From positions 160,001 through 224,000 of the forward strand of contig CBDHDF010000010.1 in NCBI GenBank assembly GCA_965261545.1: DNA of 64,000 nt, in the 5' to 3' direction. The notes beneath the pieces were generated by a model. It was not told the origin of the DNA. It ran no database searches and saw nothing but the letters and a program-made list of their open reading frames with translations. This document shows positions 40,790 through 50,763 of the stretch, piece by piece; the first letter of the stretch is position 1, and each line of letters starts with the position of its first letter. A program made the translations under genes and the position numbers. Source of the DNA: Bdellovibrionales bacterium (lineage in GTDB: Bacteria; Bdellovibrionota; Bdellovibrionia; Bdellovibrionales; UBA1609).

Positions 40790-42963
40790 TTAATGTTCTC
40801 CTTGTCTGGTTGGTACATCCAAGGTTTTTCATCATACTGACTTGGGACCCAAATAGCTAAAGTAGGAACTTCTTTATGAATCAATTCTCCTTCAAATCTA
40901 ATATCTAATGTATGAACTTGTATTGTTAGCTGTTCATTATTTTTTATATCTCTATCACCGGGGTATGTAGCTCCTCTCAAACGCTTCGGTGCAACTGGTG
41001 CTTCACCTTGAAATAATTGACTTATTTCACCGCTTTCACTTACACTTCTGAGCCTAGGCTTTCTAGAGTTAATTAAATAAATTTCACATTCTTCACTATC
41101 GTGGTCCTGAAGAAAAGATGCAATTTGCAGCAGAACTCTAGTATAGCGATCAGAATCATTTTTGGACATTATGTATTCTGTCAAGTAATCTTTATATAGT
41201 TGTATTAAGGGGATTTTTTTTGAAACACAGTGTCTTTGTGCGTCTGTGCGATTTTCATGTCCAACATCTTCTACAAAACGAAAGGTCTCAGATAAATTGT
41301 TTACTATTTTTTTATTATTCTCAATATTTGCTGATAAATGAGGTGCTTTTTGTTCAAACCAGCTATCACTATACAATCCTCTCCGACAGTCCATTTTTAA
41401 TATATTTCTACGAGTAGGTCTTAAATTTGAATCAAGAAAAAAAACTCTCTTCCAATCTTTCAAGGGTTTGTTTGCACTTATATGTTCAGATAAAGAGTTT
41501 CTAAGATCAGATTCATGATCAACATAACTTTGAAATGCACTCAATGAATTATTTTCTAGAAAAATTCTACAATGCCCTAAGTAGTCTTTCTTATACCCAT
41601 AGAACCTAGCTCTTTGCTGAATAGTATCTGCATTTCCAACTCCAGGTCCTCGAGGCATATAAGTCACTGTTAAGCCTTCTACAGTGTAGCCTCGATCCAT
41701 TGATTGGCCACCAATTAAAATATGAGAGTAATTAGAGCACCAAAGTACTGTTGGCGTAGAGCCTCTTGAAGTATTCAATTCAGTAATACTAGTTTGTCGG
41801 ATACTTCTTTTTAAATTTTTTCTAATTGCATCAAACTGCGGGAAATTATTAACTGTCTCTTTTAAATCCTTATATCCTTCATCCTCAAAGCTATTTATAA
41901 GATCATACTGATCTGAATCACCAGGCGTTTGATCGAGTAAGTTTAGCCATTGGTGTTTAATAGAATTTATCCATTCTGAATACTGAGCATGATCCATAAT
42001 GAGTCTAGACGGATGAACCATCATTGAACGGTTTCCTTGTGTATCTCCGTTGCAATAATTTGCTGCAACGGAAGTATAAAAAATTTTTAAAGCCCTTAAT
42101 AAGGATGATGGAGGAGATGAAATAGGATTATCTCTTCCTGGTATTTCGTTATCAGGAATAACATTTATTATCCTCGGAACAGAAAAAAGATCTGTCCCCC
42201 CTATATACTCCTCTCCAGGAGTTAAAAGTTGAGCAAATTCAGGAGACAAAACATCAATAAATTCAATAAGCAATGGGGCCTGAGGAGTTGCTGTATATTG
42301 TAAATATGTGTGATATGGGAGAGCATCCCGCAACTCTAATAGCTTGCTATGAGTTGTACTTAACTCTTTTGTGTCTTGACTAGCATTTGTATTAAGCCCT
42401 GCTTGATCTGCCTCATCATCAATGATTAAAGTCGGTTTTTTTTTTAAATCAGAATTTATTCTGTTTAAAATGGAAGAAAGATTTTGTATGTGACTATAAT
42501 GTTTCATTATAACAATTAAAGTCGATTGCTTTTCATCATCTGGAATAGATTCATCTGCCCATGTCTGTAAGGAAATTTCAATGGACTCCTCCTCTGTTAT
42601 TGATTTTGGGTTCTCAAATATAGACCACTTTCTGTCTTTTCTAGTATCAATTATCAAATCCCTCTTCAAGCGGCTTACTGTTTGCTCGAAAAGGCTTGTT
42701 GATGTACCTGCTATTATAATAATCAGTGGGAAATTATTATCTCTAGCCAGGCAAGAAACAGAAGTAAATGAGAGGGTTTTTCCACTTTGTATATAGCCAA
42801 TTACTAGCCCTGTCTTTTTATCTTTTCGTTTTTTTATATCTAAGAGGGATTGAGATATAATAGATTTAGACTCTTGAGTAATTTTTTTTGAAGAACTCTC
42901 ATCCAAATTTAATGAACTAAGTAATTTTTTAAATTCAGTTCCAACCGTAACTTTTTCAATCAT
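40774..42963 (-). CDS. Z1-domain SF2 helicase-like protein
   Basis: G.IQSGKT, IDDEADQA, YTATP, RG.TVEGL, DT..QR.RF.GY motifs. Confidence 0.9.
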   Translation of the reverse strand: MIEKVTVGTEFKKLLSSLNLDESSSKKITQESKSIISQSLLDIKKRKDKKTGLVIGYIQSGKTLSFTSVSCLARDNNFPLIIIIAGTSTSLFEQTVSRLKRDLIIDTRKDRKWSIFENPKSITEEESIEISLQTWADESIPDDEKQSTLIVIMKHYSHIQNLSSILNRINSDLKKKPTLIIDDEADQAGLNTNASQDTKELSTTHSKLLELRDALPYHTYLQYTATPQAPLLIEFIDVLSPEFAQLLTPGEEYIGGTDLFSVPRIINVIPDNEIPGRDNPISSPPSSLLRALKIFYTSVAANYCNGDTQGNRSMMVHPSRLIMDHAQYSEWINSIKHQWLNLLDQTPGDSDQYDLINSFEDEGYKDLKETVNNFPQFDAIRKNLKRSIRQTSITELNTSRGSTPTVLWCSNYSHILIGGQSMDRGYTVEGLTVTYMPRGPGVGNADTIQQRARFYGYKKDYLGHCRIFLENNSLSAFQSYVDHESDLRNSLSEHISANKPLKDWKRVFFLDSNLRPTRRNILKMDCRRGLYSDSWFEQKAPHLSANIENNKKIVNNLSETFRFVEDVGHENRTDAQRHCVSKKIPLIQLYKDYLTEYIMSKNDSDRYTRVLLQIASFLQDHDSEECEIYLINSRKPRLRSVSESGEISQLFQGEAPVAPKRLRGATYPGDRDIKNNEQLTIQVHTLDIRFEGELIHKEVPTLAIWVPSQYDEKPWMYQPDKENIKCQNL

Positions 42964-42979
42964 ATTATATACCTCTTAC

Positions 42980-44542
42980 TTAATTGGATATTGCTTTTAT
43001 GATTTCATTAAAGTTCTTTCTAATCGTTCCGGCGTACTTTACACCACTACTACGAGCTATAACTTCAGCCAAACCAAGGGCTGCTGCTACTCTTAATAGA
43101 GACTCAATTCCTGTGCCGTCAGTCCCAGAAAATCTTTCAGTAAATGGGTGAATCAACGATAAGCGTAAGCTTGTTTTTTTGGCATCCTTCTTTTTTTCAA
43201 TATTTATAGGAAAAGGAATATCACTGACCTCCACCCAGTTACCTACTGATGGATCTGTAGATAACTGAATTAAAATTTGCCACTGTTGCTCCCTATATTC
43301 TAGTTCTATTGATTTATATGAAACAAGACTCTTTTTAGAGAGGTTTTCTGGCAAGGGGCGAGCATCCGTCTTTTTATCAATTCGCAACAGAACCGGAGGG
43401 ACCCCCTCTTCTATAGATTTAGCAGTATTCTCAGTAGCTTTTTCTATTTCTTTTTTTATTTTTTCTGGATTAAGTTTCGATCTATAGCCTTTTGCTTGTT
43501 GTATTAAAGGTAGAGTCTCTTCCATTAACTCTTCTTTTAGTAAGTCTAAAAATATCTCGCTATTTTCATCCCACTCAAATCCATCTTTTGTATGGCTAAC
43601 ATTAAAGCCATCCAAAAAAATTTCACCAAAAATTCTCTGATACTCAAAACTATTTGGTTTTCCAAATAGTTTTTCTGGGCGAAATCCCTCGTCTCCACTT
43701 CCCTGAATAAGTCTATTTCTTCTGAATAATGCCAGACCAGATTTTGAAGTATTCGCTCTTTCTCTTATTGCGATGAATCCAGATGCTCTTAAGTTTTCTC
43801 CGAAGTCAAAGTCAATATTTTTTTTCCATAATTTGTCTTCACCACTAGTATCTTTATAGTATGGAGCAAACAAAATATTTGGTTCAGTATAATCTATGAA
43901 TTCATTATTGAAAATTAAATCAAGTTCGCCTTCGCGTATAAAGAAGCGATAAATATCAGAAAGATGCTCCTTGATTTTTCCTAAGGTTCGTCCTTTCGGA
44001 GTTTTGTATAAATTGGATAGTGTAACTTCAGTAAAGTGATATTTCTTTTCTGTTTGGTTTGATTTTATTTCCAACTCTTCCTGACGATCCTGAACAATTC
44101 TATCAATATCAAAAAATACTTCCCTTTCTAATTCCTCCCCCAATGCAGTTGTCCTTACTTTCCAGTTAGGGGAAAACCAACAAGCAGCACTTTTCATTCC
44201 CATGCCAAATTCAGAAAGCCCAGTCCTATCTGGTGGAACTTCAGCCGCTCGGAAGGCTCTGTGGTAATCTTCTTCATGGATTCCTGCTGCATTATCTCTT
44301 ATAAGAATAATTCCTTCGTCGTTAGGGTCGATTTCAATTTGAACTCTCAATTTGTATTTTTTGTTTTCAGATGCTAATTCGCTTTTATATTTCTTATAGC
44401 TTTCTATGGCATTATCAATAAATTCTGCCAATGCAAACCAAGGCTTATAATTTATATGACGTAATACCGAAAGAATATTTACCCCTGGTCGTATATTAAC
44501 CCGACGAGAGTCATTCATGCTGATTCCCCAATCCCTTATCAT
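42980..44542 (-). CDS. MORC/MutL-type GHKL ATPase
   Basis: AEFIDNA, DNAAGI, GLSEFGMGMKSA and FTEV motifs. Confidence 0.9.
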   Translation of the reverse strand: MIRDWGISMNDSRRVNIRPGVNILSVLRHINYKPWFALAEFIDNAIESYKKYKSELASENKKYKLRVQIEIDPNDEGIILIRDNAAGIHEEDYHRAFRAAEVPPDRTGLSEFGMGMKSAACWFSPNWKVRTTALGEELEREVFFDIDRIVQDRQEELEIKSNQTEKKYHFTEVTLSNLYKTPKGRTLGKIKEHLSDIYRFFIREGELDLIFNNEFIDYTEPNILFAPYYKDTSGEDKLWKKNIDFDFGENLRASGFIAIRERANTSKSGLALFRRNRLIQGSGDEGFRPEKLFGKPNSFEYQRIFGEIFLDGFNVSHTKDGFEWDENSEIFLDLLKEELMEETLPLIQQAKGYRSKLNPEKIKKEIEKATENTAKSIEEGVPPVLLRIDKKTDARPLPENLSKKSLVSYKSIELEYREQQWQILIQLSTDPSVGNWVEVSDIPFPINIEKKKDAKKTSLRLSLIHPFTERFSGTDGTGIESLLRVAAALGLAEVIARSSGVKYAGTIRKNFNEIIKAISN

Positions 44543-44836
44543 TACCTTTTATACTAAATTGAATTTTTACAACCCCTCTATCCCGCATTTCTCACAAATT
44601 AAAAAATGTTCTTCTTTTGTAACCTTCATGGGGGCATCTTGCTTCTCCACCCAGAAGGTTACCTTCTTTTTTAATGAGAAATGGGAAAGTCACTTCCTTT
44701 TCCTATTATTTGTAAGAAATGCGAACTACGGCCCCATTGGTATGACGTGCGTCGTCATGCATTCTTTAAATTATAGGCTTACAAAGGGTCCTTAAATTTG
44801 TATTACTAAAAAAGATTCAAAAACTCTTCATAAACC

Positions 44837-45982
44837 TTAGTTTATAATCAAAACTCTTCCACTTGCAATGCTATCCATTTGGGGCATCACGTCAAGAATA
44901 TCTGTTGCACCTTTGACTTCAACCCCTGCAAGCCTGACATAAATCTGAAAGGTCTTGATGTCTCTCCAGCCACCGATTTTCATAACGGTGGCCTGATTGA
45001 CTCCAGAGGCCAGCATGTGAGTGGCAAAACAAGCTCTTAGTGAGTGAAAGACGACATTGCTTTCAATGCCCAAGCCTTTCAAATACTGCCGCAGTATCTC
45101 ACCAGCCTGACCATTCTTCCAAGCATAATGCCTTTCAAGAACAAAATCTTCTGGGCTTAGGTCGTCTTTTCTCAACTTCAGAATAACTGCTTTTAGATCA
45201 TTTGAAATAGGAACAGTTCTCCAGTACCCAGTCTTGGTGCTTTTGATCGTGCGGCGAGCGTTATTGTAGGACTTCGATACGGTTATGATCCCTTTTTCGA
45301 GGTCAATGTCCTTCCACTGAAGGGCCATTAATTCTCCGCTTCTCATGCCCGTGCAAATAGCAAAAGCCCATGTGGGATACCAAGGGTTGTTGCTTGTCTT
45401 GGCCTGCTTAAGAAGCACCCTCAGCTCATCTTTTGTGAGAATCTTAGGGACCCTTTCTTCCTTAGTTCCCACCGTCAAGCCTTCAGTGGGACTTGAGTGA
45501 ACACCTAAAGCGTATTTCTCTTCAACTGCCCACCTAAACACAACATTGACGGAAGATTTGATACTCCTTAAAAGACCAGTGCCAGCACCCTTGGCTTTTG
45601 CTGAATCTAGAACCTGTCTTCCATCACCCTTGGTTAAATCAGAGACCCTACAACTCCACCAAATTTGTGTGTAGTTTCTTAATCTGTTGACATGGGCCTG
45701 TACGATGGAGCGATCTGAGTACCTATCCCCAAGATGCCCAAAACGAGCTTTAATTTCCCATCGGTCTACAATCTCACCCCAAGTGAGACCACGACCTTCA
45801 AGTTTTGCAACCTCCTGAGTGACGCTCTGTAAGAGCTTTTTTTCAACTCTTAAGGCCTCCTTCAAAGTGGGGATGTTTTTCCTACTTCTCTGTAACCTTA
45901 GAGTTGGGCTGGCCTTCCCTCGTGCTTCAACAGAAACCCTAAAAAACTCCACTTCGTTCTTATTATAGATATTAATTGCCAT
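44837..45982 (-). CDS. ICE tyrosine integrase
   Basis: Catalytic R, HxxR and Y. Close paralog of copies 1-3. Confidence 0.93.
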   Translation of the reverse strand: MAINIYNKNEVEFFRVSVEARGKASPTLRLQRSRKNIPTLKEALRVEKKLLQSVTQEVAKLEGRGLTWGEIVDRWEIKARFGHLGDRYSDRSIVQAHVNRLRNYTQIWWSCRVSDLTKGDGRQVLDSAKAKGAGTGLLRSIKSSVNVVFRWAVEEKYALGVHSSPTEGLTVGTKEERVPKILTKDELRVLLKQAKTSNNPWYPTWAFAICTGMRSGELMALQWKDIDLEKGIITVSKSYNNARRTIKSTKTGYWRTVPISNDLKAVILKLRKDDLSPEDFVLERHYAWKNGQAGEILRQYLKGLGIESNVVFHSLRACFATHMLASGVNQATVMKIGGWRDIKTFQIYVRLAGVEVKGATDILDVMPQMDSIASGRVLIIN

Positions 45983-46245
45983 TATAAGCCCTCCTTAAAT
46001 GCTGAGGTTTCAATAAGGACACAAAGCTCATCTTTTCTGAAGTAAAGTCTTCTCCGAAACTTCCTTGCTCTTAGAAGCCCTCTATGAACGAGAATCCTAA
46101 CCGCATTGGCACTTTTCCGAAGATATTGAGCCGCTTCTTCTGTTGTTAACCAAACTAAATTGTCAAAGAGCAAATCAGGGTCGTGCGTTTCGTGACTGGC
46201 ACCCTGACCTCTGTCACCTTTTGTTTGACAGTTATCTAAAATCAT
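45982..46245 (-). CDS. Excisionase-like HTH protein (intact)
   Basis: WLTTEEAAQYLR..RRLYF. Translationally coupled to the integrase. Confidence 0.85.
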   Translation of the reverse strand: MILDNCQTKGDRGQGASHETHDPDLLFDNLVWLTTEEAAQYLRKSANAVRILVHRGLLRARKFRRRLYFRKDELCVLIETSAFKEGL

Positions 46246-46316
46246 ATCAAAACCTCCTTAGTTGAACAATCATAAAATCCTTTAAAATCTCCATAACACA
46301 GCATACTTATCTAAAA

Positions 46317-46676
46317 CTATGTTTGATTTTGTGACAAATACTGATCGAAAACTTCCATCATTTTAAGTTCCAGTTGTTCTTTGGAGCCATTGAATTTGGT
46401 AAGTTTTTCTTTCAAAAAGGCTTCTTTCTTATCATTTAATGATAGAGAGTTCTCTTGGGACTTTTTGATAACCTTTTCCAATAGCCTCTCATCAGCAAGG
46501 TGAAAAAGAGCTTCCAGAATGTCTGCAGACCTTACTTTCCTTCCAAAACTCTTTTTGTTGGCTTTCTCAACAAGTCTTGAGACTTGCCTCATAAAGTCCT
46601 TGTTAAATCGAGCTAAAGAATAGTTCTTTTTTTTGGCGACCTTTTTTACGGGCTCTTGTATATTGTTTTGTTCCAT
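46317..46676 (-). CDS. Hypothetical basic protein
   Basis: GGAGG RBS, 119 aa. Confidence 0.7.
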   Translation of the reverse strand: MEQNNIQEPVKKVAKKKNYSLARFNKDFMRQVSRLVEKANKKSFGRKVRSADILEALFHLADERLLEKVIKKSQENSLSLNDKKEAFLKEKLTKFNGSKEQLELKMMEVFDQYLSQNQT

Positions 46677-46698
46677 ATAGATACCTCCTGTTCGTTGT

Positions 46699-48598
46699 TT
46701 AAAATCCTAAACTTAAACCACGCTCTCTTTTTATGACCTTTTCTAATGAAAAAGATGAAACAGAGATGTAAAAGTTTTTGAGTTTGTTTCTTTGCTGTTC
46801 AATAAAACCATTTTGATGAGCTTGTTGCTCCTTATTTTCAGGCTCAACAAACTCAATGCTCTTGATATTCGGTCTTGTTGCTAGAAAAATGTGTAAAGAC
46901 TTCTCATTCAACCCTTTCAATACAAGAGAGGACTTGAAGTTGCCATTAATTATTTTTTTACCATTGACCTTCAAAAAAACTGATAAAATCAGTGTAAACA
47001 GTGATACGCTTCTCATTCATATAAGAGTGAATAGATGGAGTTTCTTTGCTTCCATAGTGTTGAGCTTTGTAACCTTTATCTGGATCCAGTGTGTACTGGA
47101 TAGCTTCTTTTTGCTCTTCATCTAAATAGAACCAAATGGCACCCTTCTTATCAACTTGGACTCTTTTTTGTTGAAAAAGATCGTCAGCGAATCTTTCATT
47201 GATCTTATGATGCTTGAAAAATTTTTGAATCTTTGCTTGAGCAACTCCTATATTTTCCTTTTGTATAGTGGGGGCGTAGAAAGATTTATAAGGTCTTTTT
47301 ACTTCCCCAAAATGTTTCTCCAAAAGCAAAAGATTTTTATTACCTGTGATCTTTGAAATGGCACTTAAAAAACTAACATCGCTGTGAAGACTGACAAGCT
47401 CAATAAGCGAACCCGTGGTTTTGTTTTGTGTGTTCACCCATCTATTGCCATTGATGACAACGTATTCTCGTTTCTTTAAAACAGTTTCACCCTTTTTGTT
47501 CTCAAGATATGGTATGTCGTGCTTCTTGCAATAATCTAGAATGTCACTGTTTGAGGCTCTTCTTATTTCACCAATAGGTACAATAGAGTTCCCAAGAGCA
47601 TCATTTGAAGGAAGAGGAGTCCTATCAGCACGGCGGTCACTTTTTGTATAAGAATTGTAATCTTTTTCGCTGATTTTTTGTGCATTTCCTCCAAACATTG
47701 ATAATGGGCTTGAAGTTCCCAAAGAATCTCTTCTTCCATCTTTAAAATCACTGATTCCATCTCTTATTTTCCTCCTTACTTGAGGTTGTTTTAGAAACAA
47801 CTCATCATTGGATTTGAACTTTTTAATGAGACCTGGTTTATCATAATAAGCACCCAACTTCTTACCTCTGATTCCCTTTTCATGTCCCGTATAGTAGTAA
47901 GTGATCGTCTTTTCGGTAATTGCTACTTGGATAGATAACTCATTCAATAGACTCACGTACTCATCAAAACTTGTTGCATAACTCCTCGCAAAATCAGCTT
48001 TTTGGAAAAGATCAAGTCGGTAAGAGTTGCCACCTCGACGTTGAATCTCTTTAACTTCCTGGGGCATATCTCTGTTCTTCTCTTTTGCAGTACTTCTGAT
48101 CGTGGAAAGTCCGTTTTCTTTTGAAATATCGTTAGAGATAGCTCTGAGATTGTAGAGATGTTTCTTTTTGTTTGCGACATCTCTTTTTCCTGTTTTTTCG
48201 TTCACTGGATTGACTAAAATGTGATTATGAGTCTTATCTGTATCCGTATGTGTGACCACCATAAATTCATGGTCTGGGAAATAGCGTTTGGCCAGTTCTG
48301 TTCCCATCACATTGATCTTTTCTGCTGACAGATGTTTGCTTTCTTCAGGACTGAAACTGTGAATCACCTCAAAGGCCACATTAAGGCCCTCACTGCGATA
48401 AGACTTATCTTTTCCAAAAAATGATTGAGTACGTTCAAATTGTTTAATTGCACCTCCAACGCAATTGTGGCAATCTACCACAATTTCAGTTTCTCTTTTT
48501 TTGAGCAAATACTTCTCATAGTCTTTTGCAGACATTTCCCTATTTTTAGAAATGTCTTTTCTCCATTTAATTTTTATGTATGCCATAGCCATAACCAT
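46699..48598 (-). CDS. MOBP-like relaxase with C-terminal extension, frameshift near 46975
   Basis: HSFSPEE and H.DT...HNHILVN motifs. C-terminus continues in 46699-47016. Confidence 0.88.
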
Positions 48599-48977
48599 AG
48601 TGAATTTGATTCGTTAAAGTTTTGAATTGTTCCAAAGCTAAATCCAAAGTGTCACTCCATCCATGCATGAGACCGGAATTTAGTCGTCTGGCGACTTGAT
48701 TAAGATTATTTCCAATTCTATTCAAATCTTTTCTCAAAACAGCTAAATCATCTTTGTTCATCAGCACCTTCGTTGAAGGTTTGTCGAAGTAAGATTCCCG
48801 TAAAAGCTCAGGGATAGACTTGCCAGATGTCTTGCTGTCTTTTTGAATCCGACTATATTCAGAGGGAGACAGTCGCACACAGCTGGCACCACCTTTGATT
48901 ACTTTTGTTATGTTATTTTGACTCATTTGATCTCCTTTGTTTGTTAGTTTGAGAATTGTGTTTTCGCTTTTTTTCAT
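48567..48977 (-). CDS. mobC: Relaxosome accessory protein MobC
   Basis: RHH N-terminus and LNRIGNNLNQVARRLN signature. Confidence 0.92.
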   Translation of the reverse strand: MKKSENTILKLTNKGDQMSQNNITKVIKGGASCVRLSPSEYSRIQKDSKTSGKSIPELLRESYFDKPSTKVLMNKDDLAVLRKDLNRIGNNLNQVARRLNSGLMHGWSDTLDLALEQFKTLTNQIHYGYGYGIHKN

Positions 48978-49084
48978 ATTTTTTTGTCACATCTTTTTTT
49001 TTGGTTTTGTTACTTTTATTTTCTTTGTTTGTTACTTATTTTTTTCTGTTTGAGTTAGTTGTATTTTTTAGTCATTTAGGGTCG

Positions 49085-49240
49085 TTTTTTTACATGCAAG
49101 TATGGTTTCAGATATCTGAACCCCAAAAAAGCTCCTGCGGAGCAGGGGGACTGCGCCCCTTTTTTGCTTGTTGAGGGCAAGCCCCCAAACCCCCTTGATG
49201 ACTGCTTCGCAGTCCCAAGGTGCTCGCTTCGCTCGCCTTT
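49085..49240 (-). promoter_or_regulatory. Candidate oriT
   Basis: ATACTTGC nic-like motif (minus strand, about 49096-49103) upstream of mobC, beside a cluster of GC-rich hairpins. Confidence 0.5.
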
Positions 49241-49268
49241 TCCCGATGTATTTTCGTCCCTCTCTGGC

Positions 49269-50762
49269 TCATAACACAGCTCCCGCAGCCTTCACAGCAA
49301 GGCTTGTTTTGTTCGCAGTATTGCTAGCTCCGCCAATAAATTCTGGAGCGGATTCTTGTTTGTTTTCCATCAGCATCGGCCTTAAAAAGAAGAAGACACT
49401 TCCCGTTGTGAGACTGGCCACTAATAATTGAATCCAAGAATAGATGGAGTAAAAATAGTACATCCTTGAACTCACAAGCTTGGCTCCATAGAGTGAGATT
49501 CCATCAGAAAAACGGCCCAATTCCTCCATTACTTCCACGGACTGGGCCATGCTGGTCATGATGTGGTAGAACAAAACCCACAGAGGAGTCCAAAGCAGAA
49601 CGGAAAAGTAAAGGACAAACCAATAAACAAGAACCTTCCACTTTCCAGCCACAACAAAGAAAATCAGGAAGGGGAAGATTGCCACCAGGGCCAGCTTTAT
49701 CAGCCCTGCAACATGGGGGGCACGGGCTAGGTGTTCACTGAATTTCTGGCTTCTTGTTGCAGCCTCAGAAGCTCCATGGGTGTCCGAAAATCCAAGAAAA
49801 GACATGACGGCATCGAAGGAAAACAGGCGGTTGAGATACTGAAAAACCCGTGCCGTTGTGCCTGGAAGTTGGGAACCTTTCATAATGCCCATCACGGATT
49901 CTTTATCTTCCAAATAGTGGTTTACGAGCATATTGGCCATGTGCATATTTTGGGCGGCCTCATCCCTGATGGGGTAGACATGTTTTCCACTGTTGCGGAT
50001 AAAAGTGATGTGGTGATCTATGGCGTACTGCTTTAAACCGTTTCGGACTTCTTTTTTCACATCAAGGCAAGAATAAAGGCTATCTTCTGTTTTGATTTCA
50101 ATTTCAGAGAGCTTCTGGTCTATGCCATTATCTTGGTTAAAGAAGGCGTTGAGCTTATCTTGGGCACGGGCTTCTCCAATAAGAGGCAAGGTCTTTTCAA
50201 AGCAATTTTCTGTGTAGAAGTGGACAAGCTCTTTGAGGTCTTGATCCTGAATGGTGGCCGTTCCCGAATACATAATGGCTTTGTAAAAGAAGTTGGGGGC
50301 ACCAAGCTGGGAGTGGGTTCTTGCCATCACATGGTCAATGATTCGACCAAGAAAGGCACTGGACTCCTCAGCCGTCCGGCTCAGAAGGTCAAAGATAAAG
50401 CTCACCTTTGCTTGATCTTTCACATCGCCATAGCGGGTTTTGATGTAGGGGTTGTCTTTCCAAGACTCTCCGTAATAATTCTTCACCCCCGTGGTCGAAC
50501 CCACTCGAAGTAGGGAAAGGCCCAGAAATAGACAAAAAATGACTTTGACAAAGGCTGCTAAGGGAATTTGCTTTCGTGTGACAATGGTTCCTGGCATATA
50601 GCGTGAGAAGAATCTGATCGTGGTGATAAAGAAGGCTGTGCCGAAAATAACAAGAACCATGGCTTTGAAAAAGACTTCTGATGTGATAGCCGCAATAAAC
50701 TGTGAGTGGAGTTCCAGGCCAAGATATTGGTATAAGGCTTCGTAGGCTGTGTTGCTGAACAT
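49269..50762 (-). CDS. TraG-N-like mating-pair stabilisation membrane protein
   Basis: Multi-TM protein with a Cys-containing periplasmic loop, last in the tra operon. Start MFSNT. Confidence 0.65.
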   Translation of the reverse strand: MFSNTAYEALYQYLGLELHSQFIAAITSEVFFKAMVLVIFGTAFFITTIRFFSRYMPGTIVTRKQIPLAAFVKVIFCLFLGLSLLRVGSTTGVKNYYGESWKDNPYIKTRYGDVKDQAKVSFIFDLLSRTAEESSAFLGRIIDHVMARTHSQLGAPNFFYKAIMYSGTATIQDQDLKELVHFYTENCFEKTLPLIGEARAQDKLNAFFNQDNGIDQKLSEIEIKTEDSLYSCLDVKKEVRNGLKQYAIDHHITFIRNSGKHVYPIRDEAAQNMHMANMLVNHYLEDKESVMGIMKGSQLPGTTARVFQYLNRLFSFDAVMSFLGFSDTHGASEAATRSQKFSEHLARAPHVAGLIKLALVAIFPFLIFFVVAGKWKVLVYWFVLYFSVLLWTPLWVLFYHIMTSMAQSVEVMEELGRFSDGISLYGAKLVSSRMYYFYSIYSWIQLLVASLTTGSVFFFLRPMLMENKQESAPEFIGGASNTANKTSLAVKAAGAVL

Positions 50763-50763
50763 A

